From an uncultured Halanaerobiales bacterium (GTDB lineage Bacteria > Bacillota > Halanaerobiia > Halanaerobiales > M55B127), in contig CAZGMM010000003.1 of NCBI GenBank assembly GCA_964526845.1, positions 1 to 61,037 on the forward strand: DNA of 61,037 nucleotides. The letters are read 5' to 3'. The notes below the pieces were generated by a model that had not been told where the DNA came from, ran no database searches, and worked only from the letters and a program-made list of their open reading frames with translations. Below are positions 1 to 9,152 of the stretch, in pieces; the stretch's first letter is position 1; the number at the start of each line of letters is the position of its first letter. A program made the translations under genes and the position numbers.

Positions 1-51
1 AGCACAGGTAGGACTTACACCTACTATTAATGTAATTTACGAAGCACACGT

Positions 52-82
52 AAAAAAACCTCATATCAGATTGATATGAGGT
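52..82 (-). terminator. Intrinsic terminator after the LysM/M23 gene
   Basis: Minus strand ACCTCATATCA-ATC-TGATATGAGGT (11 bp stem) followed by a T run. Confidence 0.85.
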
Positions 83-105
83 GATTTACAATTTATATTT
101 TTTCA

Positions 106-1146
106 TTATGGTAAATATTTCATCGGATTAATCGCTTTATCATTGACCATTACACCAAAATGTAAATGTGATCCGGTAGATTTACCGGTACTACCGGCTC
201 TACCAATAATCTGACCTGTATTAACCTGCTGTCCTACTCTAACATGGTTCTGAGAATTGTGGGCATAAATTGTTTCAACACCTTCACCGTGGTCGATAAC
301 GATAGTCTTTCCAAAACCACTCATCCAGCCGCTTTTTACAACTTTGCCACTAGCTGCAGCTCTAATTTGCGTTCCCAGGGGAACTGCAATATCTAAACCT
401 TTATGAAATTCACTACCACCGGTAACCGGATCATTCCTCCAGCCGAAATAGGAAGATATTCTTCCCTGGAGAGGCCAGATAAAAGCGCCTTTACCCAGTG
501 TAAATTTACCACCTTTGACTCTTTCTTCAAAGGGAATAACTAAATTTTCACCGGCTCTTATCATATTAGAATTCAGGTTATTGGCCTGTTTGATAGTCTG
601 TACATCAACACCATACTTTTTAGCTATCGAAAGTAGGGCATCTCCGGGTTGAACCTCGTGGATAATGTTAGCATATATGCGGTTTTCATCTCCGCCGCCA
701 CGCCCGGTTTTAGGTATATAAAGAGTATCTCCGGGGTGAATCATGGTACCTCTTAAATTATTGCTTGCTCTAATACTCTCTACTGTTGTATCGAATCTTT
801 TAGCAATATCATATAGGGTATCACCTTTTTTAACTACATATTTAATATCTTCAGCCATCTTTTTTAACTTACTATATGTATTATCTCCAACTATCCCATC
901 AACTTTTAAATTATTATTTAGTTGGAAATCCTTAACTATTTCTTTTGTATTATGACCGAAGATACCATCGGTACTGATATCATAACCGACCTTTTTTAAG
1001 AGAGTTTGAACTTCTCTTACTTTATCTCCTCTATCATTTAATTCTAAACCAATTGCTAAAGCGTTTGTTGTAATTACTGAAACTAATAGTAGAGAAATTA
1101 TTATTGTGATACTTAATTTTAAATATCTCTTCATGCTTGACTCCAT
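106..1146 (-). CDS. Secreted M23 peptidase with peptidoglycan-binding domain and two LysM domains
   Basis: Signal peptide; PG_binding_1-like DGIFG/DGIVG repeats; two LysM repeats (YVVKKGDTLYDIAK, HEVQPGDALLSIAK); M23 motifs HKGLD and HLH. Confidence 0.9.
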   Translation of the reverse strand: MESSMKRYLKLSITIIISLLLVSVITTNALAIGLELNDRGDKVREVQTLLKKVGYDISTDGIFGHNTKEIVKDFQLNNNLKVDGIVGDNTYSKLKKMAEDIKYVVKKGDTLYDIAKRFDTTVESIRASNNLRGTMIHPGDTLYIPKTGRGGGDENRIYANIIHEVQPGDALLSIAKKYGVDVQTIKQANNLNSNMIRAGENLVIPFEERVKGGKFTLGKGAFIWPLQGRISSYFGWRNDPVTGGSEFHKGLDIAVPLGTQIRAAASGKVVKSGWMSGFGKTIVIDHGEGVETIYAHNSQNHVRVGQQVNTGQIIGRAGSTGKSTGSHLHFGVMVNDKAINPMKYLP

Positions 1147-1237
1147 ATCCTCAATCCTCCTAGTTTAGAATCTTTTTACCCCTAGTGTATTTAATTCTGG
1201 CTATTTTAAAATATTCCTTTAAGAAAACTGTAAAAAT

Positions 1238-1726
1238 TTAATAGTATTTTGAAAACTTTGCCTTCTCTTTAAAATTAGGGAAATTATTCTGTCTTAATGC
1301 TTCATAAAGTATAATCGAAACCGAATTTGATAAATTAAGTGAACGTGCCCCTTCAACCATAGGAATCCTGACCGTATTTTCCAATTCTTTTTTTAAAAAA
1401 GCTTCGGGTAATCCAGCCGTCTCTTTACCAAAGACCAGATAATCTCCCTGCTTATAATCTGCTTGATCATAACTGATAGGAGATTTAGTTGAAGCAAAAA
1501 ACATCCGGCAGTCCTTTTTTTCTTCTAAAAAGGCCTCAAAATCTTTATAATAATGTATGTCCAACATGTGCCAATAATCCAAACCAGCCCTTTTTAAGTA
1601 CTTATCATCGGTAGAAAAACCTAAGGGCCGAACAAGGTGTAAACTACTATCTGTTACCGCACAGGTCCGTGCAATATTACCTGTATTTTGGGGAATCTCT
1701 GGTTCCACTAATACTATGTTCATCAA
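1238..1726 (-). CDS. trmL: tRNA (cytidine/uridine-34 2'-O)-methyltransferase, SPOUT family
   Basis: EPEIPQNTGNIARTC, RAGLDYW, FGKET, RSLNLSNS motifs. Confidence 0.95.
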   Translation of the reverse strand: MMNIVLVEPEIPQNTGNIARTCAVTDSSLHLVRPLGFSTDDKYLKRAGLDYWHMLDIHYYKDFEAFLEEKKDCRMFFASTKSPISYDQADYKQGDYLVFGKETAGLPEAFLKKELENTVRIPMVEGARSLNLSNSVSIILYEALRQNNFPNFKEKAKFSKYY

Positions 1727-1737
1727 TTTATCATCCT

Positions 1738-2496
1738 TTAAACTTTAAGCTTTAAACCATCATAGGCAAGCTGAATTCCTTCAGGTAGTTTGTCATTTAC
1801 TTCATTGTGTTCAATTTCATGTGAAATATGGGTTAAATAAGCCTTTTTTACTCCCAGATCTTTGATTACTTCTACTGCTTCCTCAATATTAAAATGCTTG
1901 GGGTGGCTCTTATAACGAAGTGCATCTAATATTAGTAGATCGACATCTTCAATTAATTTATAACTTTCTTCAGGAATATAGCTGCAATCTGTTATATAAG
2001 CCATGTTATTTACCTTATAGCCGAGGACAGTATCATTGTTATGTTTTACCGGGAGGGGCGTGATCTTTAAGTTATTAAACTCAAGTACACCTTCAATTTC
2101 AATTAACTTGACACCGGGAACTGCAAACTTACAGTGATGGTCTTTGAAAATATAAGCAAACTTTCTTTTAAGTGCATCTAGGGTCTCTTTATTGCCATAA
2201 CAGGGGATATCAGCTTTATTTAAACGATTGATTGCCCTTAAATCATCAAAACCCATTATATGATCTGCATGGGCATGTGTAAATAAAACTATATCAATAT
2301 TAGTAATATCATTATTAAGTAGCTGTAACCTCAAATCCGGAGTAGTATCTATTAATATATTCTTATCTGAATTTTTAATATATATTGAAGATCTAAAACG
2401 ATTATTTTTAGGATCATTAGAAGTACAAGTTTTACAATTACAACCAACAATGGGAACTCCGTGTGAAGTCCCTGTGCCTAAGAATGTTATTTCCAA
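1738..2496 (-). CDS. MBL-fold metallohydrolase (PhnP-like phosphodiesterase)
   Basis: LGTGTSHGVP, THAHADH, YITD and LTHISH motifs; start moved to the TTG at 2496 behind a GGAGG. Confidence 0.85.
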   Translation of the reverse strand: MEITFLGTGTSHGVPIVGCNCKTCTSNDPKNNRFRSSIYIKNSDKNILIDTTPDLRLQLLNNDITNIDIVLFTHAHADHIMGFDDLRAINRLNKADIPCYGNKETLDALKRKFAYIFKDHHCKFAVPGVKLIEIEGVLEFNNLKITPLPVKHNNDTVLGYKVNNMAYITDCSYIPEESYKLIEDVDLLILDALRYKSHPKHFNIEEAVEVIKDLGVKKAYLTHISHEIEHNEVNDKLPEGIQLAYDGLKLKV

Positions 2497-2525
2497 TAAA
2501 ATTACCTCCAATACACTTATATAAA

Positions 2526-2554
2526 ATTGTATATTAGTCAAGCTAAATTGTCAA
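2526..2554 (-). promoter_or_regulatory. Sigma-A promoter of the MBL hydrolase/trmL genes
   Basis: TTGACA-N17-TACAAT on the minus strand. Confidence 0.7.
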
Positions 2555-2605
2555 ATAATTGACCCAACAAATGCTATTATCACAAGCTTTTTGCAGACTT
2601 AACTA

Positions 2606-2646
2606 AAAGAAAAATCCCTTCACAGAAAAAAATCCATAAAGGGATT
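2606..2646 (-). terminator. Intrinsic terminator after the S-component gene
   Basis: AATCCCTTTATGGA...TGTGAAGGGATT hairpin with G-U pairs, then a T-rich tract. Confidence 0.65.
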
Positions 2647-2671
2647 AAAAACTATATTTATTTTTTAATAA

Positions 2672-3256
2672 TTATTTTTCATCGACACAAACATAATCTT
2701 TACTTTCTTCACACTCTAAAGAGGTTAATAATCCTTTGCTTCTTAAGAAGTCAGCTATCTTCTTATAGACAAGTACCGTTAATAGAGAGTTAATTATCGC
2801 CTTTGTTAAGTTAAAGGGAATAATCCCCGGTAATAACATATTAATAGTACGTTCATAAGGAATACCATAAAAGATTGGGTTTAATAATACATTGGCAACA
2901 GCCATTACACCCGTCATTGCAACTGAGCCGGCTGCTAAGCCCAATAAAGCACCCCTTTTAGTATGGTACTTTTTATAGACATAGCCTGCTACTCCGACTA
3001 AAACACCGGTTGCTAAAAAGTGCATAAAGGCTCCAAAAGGACCGCCTAAACCGGTTAAGGCCGCCATTAAAACGGAAAGTACGAAAGTTGCCCCCAATGC
3101 TGACATCGGACCATATAAAAATGCAATAATTAAGATCGGAATATCACCTGGTTCATAAATTAAAAAAGGTAGGAAAAGAGGAAATCTAATGGTAAGCATT
3201 AAAATTAATGATAACCCGATTAAAACTCCTATGTTAGTAATTTTCTTGACATCCAT
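2672..3256 (-). CDS. ribU: ECF transporter S component, riboflavin (RibU/FmnP type)
   Basis: Hydrophobic S-component pattern (YEPGDIP, PFNLTK); FMN riboswitch directly upstream. Confidence 0.85.
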   Translation of the reverse strand: MDVKKITNIGVLIGLSLILMLTIRFPLFLPFLIYEPGDIPILIIAFLYGPMSALGATFVLSVLMAALTGLGGPFGAFMHFLATGVLVGVAGYVYKKYHTKRGALLGLAAGSVAMTGVMAVANVLLNPIFYGIPYERTINMLLPGIIPFNLTKAIINSLLTVLVYKKIADFLRSKGLLTSLECEESKDYVCVDEK

Positions 3257-3295
3257 ATATTTTTTATTCCTCCTAAAATAATATTTAGAACAAAT

Positions 3296-3323
3296 AAAAA
3301 ATTGCCCTGCAGAAGACAGGGCA
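3296..3323 (-). terminator. Terminator of the FMN riboswitch expression platform
   Basis: TGCCCTG-TCTTCTG-CAGGGCA then ATTTTTT. Confidence 0.85.
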
Positions 3324-3347
3324 TTAGTTTCTTTATAATTATTAACG

Positions 3348-3456
3348 CGCCTTCTCTCATCCGGACTGTTTACCGTCGGTACTGGAAATTAACCAGTTCA
3401 GCGTTAGCTCGTGGACTTTACCACCGGTCTGGAATTACACCATGCCCTGAAGACAA
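3348..3456 (-). ncRNA. FMN riboswitch (RFN element)
   Basis: Minus strand CTTCAGGGCATGGTGTAATTCCAGACCGGTGGTAAAGTCCACGAG...CCGACGGTAAACAGTCCGGATGAGAGAAG matches the RFN consensus. Confidence 0.97.
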
Positions 3457-3478
3457 TTTTTATTCAATTCTTGAAGAT

Positions 3479-3507
3479 ATTATAATATAAATTGTTAATC
3501 ATTTCAA
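3479..3507 (-). promoter_or_regulatory. Sigma-A promoter of the FMN riboswitch leader
   Basis: TTGAAA-N17-TATAAT about 20 nt upstream of the aptamer. Confidence 0.8.
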
Positions 3508-3511
3508 GAAA

Positions 3512-5683
3512 TTATTCCAACTTTGTGATTTTTGTATCAGGGTAAAAATAGTCAATTATCTCATTATAACCCTTACCATCCGCTGCCATACCAGCCGCGG
3601 CTGATTGGTCCATACCTACCGCATGACCCCAGCCGGCCCCAAAGATGATAATACTTTTTAGCTGATCCTGTTCAAATATATTTTTTACTATAAACTTATT
3701 GCTTTTCAAACCGGTCAATGCCCTTCGGATGGCTGAATTGTTTTTGGTAACCGTTTTATTTACACCTTCAATTTTTATCTCTTTTACAGTACCGGTAGTT
3801 GTTCTATCTGTAATATAGACTCTTTTAATGGCTTCTAAATCATGCCTCTCTTTTAATCTGACCAGGTCTATCCTTTTAACCCAGCGATAGCTGCTCTGGG
3901 TTGTATATTTATTATTAGAATAGGAAGCAGGCTTTTCAACAAACCAGTTTTCAACCTGATAGGGTGCAAGCGGAAAATTATAGTTATCATTTTTAGCCGT
4001 ATTGACTGCTTTGAGATAGTCAAGACTATTTATCCAGACATTTTCACTTGCTTCTGTATAACCCCCACTATTACTGCTAAACACGGCATCTATTACATTG
4101 CCATTATGGGTAATGATCTCATTTCTGGTGGCAATAATAGCTTCAGTAGTACTTTGATGTTCATTTTTGGCCCCAGAATAAACTATACAGTGAACACTTG
4201 CACAAAGATCATAACCTTCATCTTGATGTCTGTTAATATTTCTAATTATATAAGACCTGGCTACCACACTCTGGGCTTTCAGGGCCTCCAAGGGCCAACT
4301 GGCGGGCATTTCAGATGGTACAACAGAAAGCAGGTAGGAAGAAAGGTCTACATAGTTTAATAGGTCCACATAGTGATTTGAAACAGGGTTTAAGTAAATA
4401 TCACCCCTATACTGCCTATCTTCTGTACCTCCCCAAAAATAGTTTTGGGCAAACTTAATATCATAAAGGGCAAACAGGTTGTTTTGATCATTTGAATGTA
4501 TTTTTAACTTTCGATTGGTTGTTACCCTCTCTAATATTTTATTATCTTTTAAAATATAGAAAGTATGGTTATTGTAATTAATCTGATACTGGGTATTGCT
4601 TTCTCCCCGGAAAATTACGTTATTTGCCTGGCTAATAGTGAATTCGTTTTTTGATTGAAACCTTATCCGGTCTATATCTTCCTGTAAGCCTATCCTTATT
4701 TCCCCATAATCCTGGTTAGGTTCAATTTTTTCTATCGCAAACCAATCAATATCTGTTACAGGTTCGTCTTCATCTCGTTTATCAAAATGTTCCGGATATT
4801 TTTTTCTAATATCTTTTATTCTTTCCCTTGCTTTAGCGGTCTCAATCCCACTGTTCACACAGCGATCCCAATATTGGTAAGCCTTTAATAGTTCCCCTTC
4901 TTTTTCAAATAAGAGGGCTAGTTCGTAATATAGGCTGCTTAAACTGTGGTCCTGGCTTAAAGCGGCCTGATACATCTCAATGGCAGTTTCGTAATTATCC
5001 TGGTTATTATATATCTCAGCCGCTGCCAGGTAATTTAAGACCATCTCTTTATTATTTTTAATACCGGCCTGATAAAAATCTAAAGCAGCCTCTTGCTCAT
5101 CTTGTTCATTATATATATTACCTAGGTAGTAATACATTAAAGAAATTTTTCGTTTAGATAAACTACTTTCTTTTTCATCTAACAAGACGATTAAATGATT
5201 GAAAACGTCTTTAGCTTCTTCTACCTTACCCTTTTGATAAAGATAAAGTCCATAATAGTAATTAAAATCTAAAGAATCATTATATTCCTGTTTTGTATTT
5301 GCTAAAATATTATCAATCTGATCAGCCCGGTTATCACTATAATCACTTATGGACACAATGTTTTTGATTACTGAAAGCTTGTCATAACCTTTCTTATAAA
5401 GCTTTATATAAGTATCAATGCTTTGGTCATAATTTCCCTCATAAAATTGATCTTCCGCCTCAGCTAAAAACTTATCATAATCAACTTCTTTTTTTGGAGA
5501 TTCCTCTTTTGGTTGATCACTTTCTATTGGTTTCTGTGAAGTACCATTTTCTATTTTAGTAGTCCCATTACCGTTAACATACTTTTCAAGTAATGGTCCA
5601 TAATTGTTATATATATATGGAATAGAAAATCCTATAAAAAAACATATTATTAATACAATTACTACTGTTAAAAATTTTTTCAT
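3512..5683 (-). CDS. Membrane-anchored TPR + SpoIID/LytB-domain protein
   Basis: N-terminal TM helix, TPR-like repeats, C-terminal SpoIID motifs VVPSEMPASWPLEALKAQ, VFSSNSGG, GWGHAVGMDQ. Confidence 0.85.
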   Translation of the reverse strand: MKKFLTVVIVLIICFFIGFSIPYIYNNYGPLLEKYVNGNGTTKIENGTSQKPIESDQPKEESPKKEVDYDKFLAEAEDQFYEGNYDQSIDTYIKLYKKGYDKLSVIKNIVSISDYSDNRADQIDNILANTKQEYNDSLDFNYYYGLYLYQKGKVEEAKDVFNHLIVLLDEKESSLSKRKISLMYYYLGNIYNEQDEQEAALDFYQAGIKNNKEMVLNYLAAAEIYNNQDNYETAIEMYQAALSQDHSLSSLYYELALLFEKEGELLKAYQYWDRCVNSGIETAKARERIKDIRKKYPEHFDKRDEDEPVTDIDWFAIEKIEPNQDYGEIRIGLQEDIDRIRFQSKNEFTISQANNVIFRGESNTQYQINYNNHTFYILKDNKILERVTTNRKLKIHSNDQNNLFALYDIKFAQNYFWGGTEDRQYRGDIYLNPVSNHYVDLLNYVDLSSYLLSVVPSEMPASWPLEALKAQSVVARSYIIRNINRHQDEGYDLCASVHCIVYSGAKNEHQSTTEAIIATRNEIITHNGNVIDAVFSSNSGGYTEASENVWINSLDYLKAVNTAKNDNYNFPLAPYQVENWFVEKPASYSNNKYTTQSSYRWVKRIDLVRLKERHDLEAIKRVYITDRTTTGTVKEIKIEGVNKTVTKNNSAIRRALTGLKSNKFIVKNIFEQDQLKSIIIFGAGWGHAVGMDQSAAAGMAADGKGYNEIIDYFYPDTKITKLE

Positions 5684-5754
5684 TATTCAACCACCTTATT
5701 TAACTGCTATATAATAATTTCGATAAGAAAGTTTCTATCCCTGCTAAAAAAAGA

Positions 5755-5778
5755 AAAAGTGCGGTATAAAAACCGCAC
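5755..5778 (-). terminator. Intrinsic terminator after the NhaC-family gene
   Basis: GTGCGGT-N6-ACCGCAC then TTTTTCTTTTTT. Confidence 0.8.
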
Positions 5779-5811
5779 CATAATTAGGGGTAAGTTAAAA
5801 TGTTATTTTAT

Positions 5812-7377
5812 CTAATGTTCCATTTCTACTTCTTCTAATTTTGCTTCTTTAACACTTTTACCAAATACGTTGACTATTGTATAAAGTACTATAATACCAA
5901 CCGGTAAACTAATTAGAGGGGATATACCTAAACCGGCCGGTAAAAATCCGAATATAGCCGCCACAGCTGCAACTGTTAAGGCATAGGGCAGCTGAGTGGA
6001 AACATGGTCGATATGGTCTACCGCAGAAGCCGTAGAGGACATAATGGTTGTATCAGAAATTGGAGAACAATGATCTCCCATAACCGCTGCTGTTAAGACT
6101 GCCCCAATTGCCGGCAGCATTGGTGAGCCAATGTTATGGGCTAAAGGAATAGCTAAAGGCATCACTATGGCAACCGTTCCCCAGGAACTCCCTATTGTAA
6201 ATGCTATAAAAGCGGAAATTATAAATAGGAGGACCGGGATTAAAAAGGCAGGTAAATTACCTTCTAGGATACCAACTAGAAAATTAGCTGTACCCAAGTC
6301 ATCAGTGATACTTCCGATTGACCAGGCTAAAATCAAGATCATTGTCGCAATAAACATCGATTTTGCCCCATCAATCCAGCTTTCCACTACATCTGATATA
6401 TCTAAAATACCTTTAATCAGTGCATTTATACCAGCTACAAAACCACCCGCAAAGGAGGCCCACAGCAATACTACACTGGCATCTGCATCACCAAAGGCGG
6501 TTTGAATACTAACGTCGGGAGAAGCTCCTCCCCCGTTATACCAGAGACCGAATAAGGTTACTATAATAACAACAAAAATAGGTGAAAAGGCATCTAAAAT
6601 ACTAAAAGAAGCTCCGGCCGGTTTTTCGATCTCTTCTAGTTCCTTGGAAACCATAGGTGTTGAGCCCGGTCTTAGGGACTGTCCGGTAGTCCTTGCCCTA
6701 TGTTCGGCTGTATACATCGGGCCAAAGTCTTTCATTAAGTAAATTACGATAAGGGCAAAAAGTAAAGCAAAAATTGAATAATATCTATAAGGTATGGTCT
6801 TTACAAAAGTCGTATAGGCACTTGCTTCAATACCTAATTTGTCAAAACCGTCTTTAATAACTCCCACCTCAAAGGCAATCCAGGTAGAAATAGGTACGAT
6901 ACTGGATACAGCTGCCGCTGTGAGGTCAACAACAAAGGAAAGTTTCTCTCTTGAAACATTCATTTTATCAGTTATGGGCCGCATTGTATTACCTACAATT
7001 AAAGTATTAGCATAATCATCAAAAAAGATTAATACTCCCATCGACCAGGTAGCCAGTAATGTATTTTTAATTGATTTAGCTCTTTTTGCTACATATTCAC
7101 CAATTGCTACAACTCCCCCAGCTTTATTTATAATCCCTATCATACCACCCATTGACAGTAAGAATATAATAATACCGGCATTCCAGGAATCAGCCAGTGA
7201 GCCTAACATATATTTATCCAAAGTTGATGCAAAAGCAGCAATTGGATTATAACTCGATAATATTAAAGCACCTGAAAACACTCCTATAAATAATGAAATA
7301 ATTACCTCTTTACTCCACCAAGCCAAAATAATAGCTAAAAGTGGTGGAATAAGAGATATAATACCATAGTTTTCCAT
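5812..7377 (-). CDS. NhaC-family transporter, probable lysine importer (LysW-like)
   Basis: FFDDYAN, GSSWGT and GDHCSPISDTT motifs; lysine riboswitch upstream. Confidence 0.85.
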   Translation of the reverse strand: MENYGIISLIPPLLAIILAWWSKEVIISLFIGVFSGALILSSYNPIAAFASTLDKYMLGSLADSWNAGIIIFLLSMGGMIGIINKAGGVVAIGEYVAKRAKSIKNTLLATWSMGVLIFFDDYANTLIVGNTMRPITDKMNVSREKLSFVVDLTAAAVSSIVPISTWIAFEVGVIKDGFDKLGIEASAYTTFVKTIPYRYYSIFALLFALIVIYLMKDFGPMYTAEHRARTTGQSLRPGSTPMVSKELEEIEKPAGASFSILDAFSPIFVVIIVTLFGLWYNGGGASPDVSIQTAFGDADASVVLLWASFAGGFVAGINALIKGILDISDVVESWIDGAKSMFIATMILILAWSIGSITDDLGTANFLVGILEGNLPAFLIPVLLFIISAFIAFTIGSSWGTVAIVMPLAIPLAHNIGSPMLPAIGAVLTAAVMGDHCSPISDTTIMSSTASAVDHIDHVSTQLPYALTVAAVAAIFGFLPAGLGISPLISLPVGIIVLYTIVNVFGKSVKEAKLEEVEMEH

Positions 7378-7421
7378 ATTGATTATACCTCCATTTTATT
7401 TTATTTCTTAGTTTTTATATG

Positions 7422-7487
7422 CTAATTTTTTTCTATAAAATAACAAAACCCAGCGGGATTTCCGCTGGGTATGAATTCAAATTGCAC
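7422..7487 (-). CDS. Candidate 21-aa uORF (MQFEFIPSGNPAGFCYFIEKN) crossing the riboswitch terminator
   Basis: GTG start 10 nt after AGGAGGTG, TAG at 7422-7424; translation is unproven. Confidence 0.3.
   Translation of the reverse strand: MQFEFIPSGNPAGFCYFIEKN
7442..7470 (-). terminator. Terminator of the lysine riboswitch expression platform
   Basis: ACCCAGCGG-N5-CCGCTGGGT then TTTGTTATTTT. Confidence 0.85.
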
Positions 7488-7516
7488 CAGTAGAAACCAC
7501 CTCCTCTTTCCCTTTT

Positions 7517-7707
7517 GATGAGATAGCTCAACACTGAAATACGGGTTCATATTTCAATGACAGTCCTGCATATCTTATATACAGACCCAGCCTTTAATTT
7601 TTCGAACCAGAAAAATCAAAAGCTTCGGCAGAACTCCCTTTCACTTTTTACCAGTAGGTTCTTTATAAGTAAAAAGCTAATCTTAAGTTCTGCGCCTCTA
7701 CCTCATC
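7517..7707 (-). ncRNA. Lysine riboswitch (L-box)
   Basis: P1 GATGAGGTAG/CTATCTCATC; conserved AGAGGCGC, GAAAGG, GCCGAA, CTGGG, ACTGTC and GAGCTA blocks in the expected order. Confidence 0.95.
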
Positions 7708-7748
7708 CGGTCAAAGATGAGGTAATTTCAACTATTTAATTTTCTATA

Positions 7749-7777
7749 ATTGTATATGATATTATTTTTGCTGTCAA
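7749..7777 (-). promoter_or_regulatory. Sigma-A promoter of the lysine riboswitch leader
   Basis: TTGACA-N17-TACAAT. Confidence 0.85.
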
Positions 7778-7820
7778 GTAATATGACAAAATTAGTCAAA
7801 ATTACAGCTTATTGCTTATA

Positions 7821-9134
7821 TTAAAGGAGTTCACTGGCGATTTTTGCGATTTCTGATCTTTCACCTTTTTGCAGCATAATATGTCCGGTGATCTGTTCTT
7901 TATAGAAATGATTAGCTACTTGAGAAAGACCATTATTGACCTTATTCAAATAAGGGTTATCAATCTGGAAGGGGTCACCTGTTAATACTATCTTAGAGTC
8001 CTTACCAGCCCTTGTTAAAATGGTTTTAACCTCATGTTTGGAGAGGTTTTGAGCTTCATCAATGATAATATACTGATTCGGTATAGATCTACCTCTGATA
8101 TAGGTTAAAGCCTCAATTTGGATAAAGTTATTTTCTATCAATTGATCTATTGATAGATAGGACCCCTTATTACTATGAATAATTAAATTTAAATTATCTA
8201 AGATCGGCTGCATCCAGGGTTCCAATTTTTCCTCAACTGAACCCGGTAAAAAGCCGATATCTTTACCCAGCGGAATCACAGGCCGGGCGATCAAAACTCT
8301 ATTATAATATTTATCATTAATTACCTTCTGTAGTCCGGCCGCTAAAGCAAGTAATGTTTTACCTGTACCGGCTTTACCCGACATCGTAACAATACGAATA
8401 TCATCATTTAATAATAACTCATAGGCAAATTTTTGTTCCCTATTTAGGGGAGTAATACCCATCGGTGCTTTTTTATCAAAGATTAAAGGAACTATCTTCT
8501 TACCATCAAACCGGGCTAAAGCACTCTTGCTTCTCTCATCTTGAGTTGACAATTGAATCATCTGATGGGGATAAAGGTTTTCAAAATCACCATTCAATTG
8601 TTCAGGGTCTAATTCTTGATTTTCATAAAAGTCATCAATAAGACTGGCCTTAGTTTTGATTTCAATAAAACCATCGTATAACTCTTCACCGTCAATACCA
8701 TTACCCCTATGATCCTCTGCTTTTAGGTCAAAGGCATTTGCGATTAGTCTTAGATTAATATCGTTAGATACCATTATTACTTCTTTTTCAGGATTAGATT
8801 CCTGTAGATCAATAGCTGTAGTTAAGATCCGATTATCATACTTACTAGCACTTAAGTGAGGGGGGAGTTTTAGTTCTTTTTTATCTATTACAATTTTTAA
8901 AATACTACCATTTTCTAACTTAATCCCCTCATTTAACTTTCCTTGATGTCTTAATTCATCTAAAATACGGGAAGTTTCTCTGGCATTAAAACCAATATCA
9001 GAAGTTTTATGCTTTTGGTTATCTAACTCTTCTAATACAGCTAAAGGTATAATAACCTCGTGCTCTTCATAATCAAAAATTGCTGTAGGGTCATCAAGTA
9101 AAACATTGGTATCTAAAACATATATATTATTCAT
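7821..9134 (-). CDS. PIN-PhoH family ATPase (PhoH2/YlaK type)
   Basis: N-terminal PIN VLDTNVLL...EELD; Walker A GKAGTGKT; RGRS and DEAQN PhoH motifs. Confidence 0.92.
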   Translation of the reverse strand: MNNIYVLDTNVLLDDPTAIFDYEEHEVIIPLAVLEELDNQKHKTSDIGFNARETSRILDELRHQGKLNEGIKLENGSILKIVIDKKELKLPPHLSASKYDNRILTTAIDLQESNPEKEVIMVSNDINLRLIANAFDLKAEDHRGNGIDGEELYDGFIEIKTKASLIDDFYENQELDPEQLNGDFENLYPHQMIQLSTQDERSKSALARFDGKKIVPLIFDKKAPMGITPLNREQKFAYELLLNDDIRIVTMSGKAGTGKTLLALAAGLQKVINDKYYNRVLIARPVIPLGKDIGFLPGSVEEKLEPWMQPILDNLNLIIHSNKGSYLSIDQLIENNFIQIEALTYIRGRSIPNQYIIIDEAQNLSKHEVKTILTRAGKDSKIVLTGDPFQIDNPYLNKVNNGLSQVANHFYKEQITGHIMLQKGERSEIAKIASELL

Positions 9135-9152
9135 TTTAGGCTCCTTTCCTGA

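Noticed and set aside
3302-3490. 62-aa plus-strand ORF
   Set aside because: It is antisense to the FMN riboswitch and its terminator, with no SD or protein-like features.
7557-7739. 60-aa plus-strand ORF
   Set aside because: It is antisense to the lysine riboswitch aptamer.
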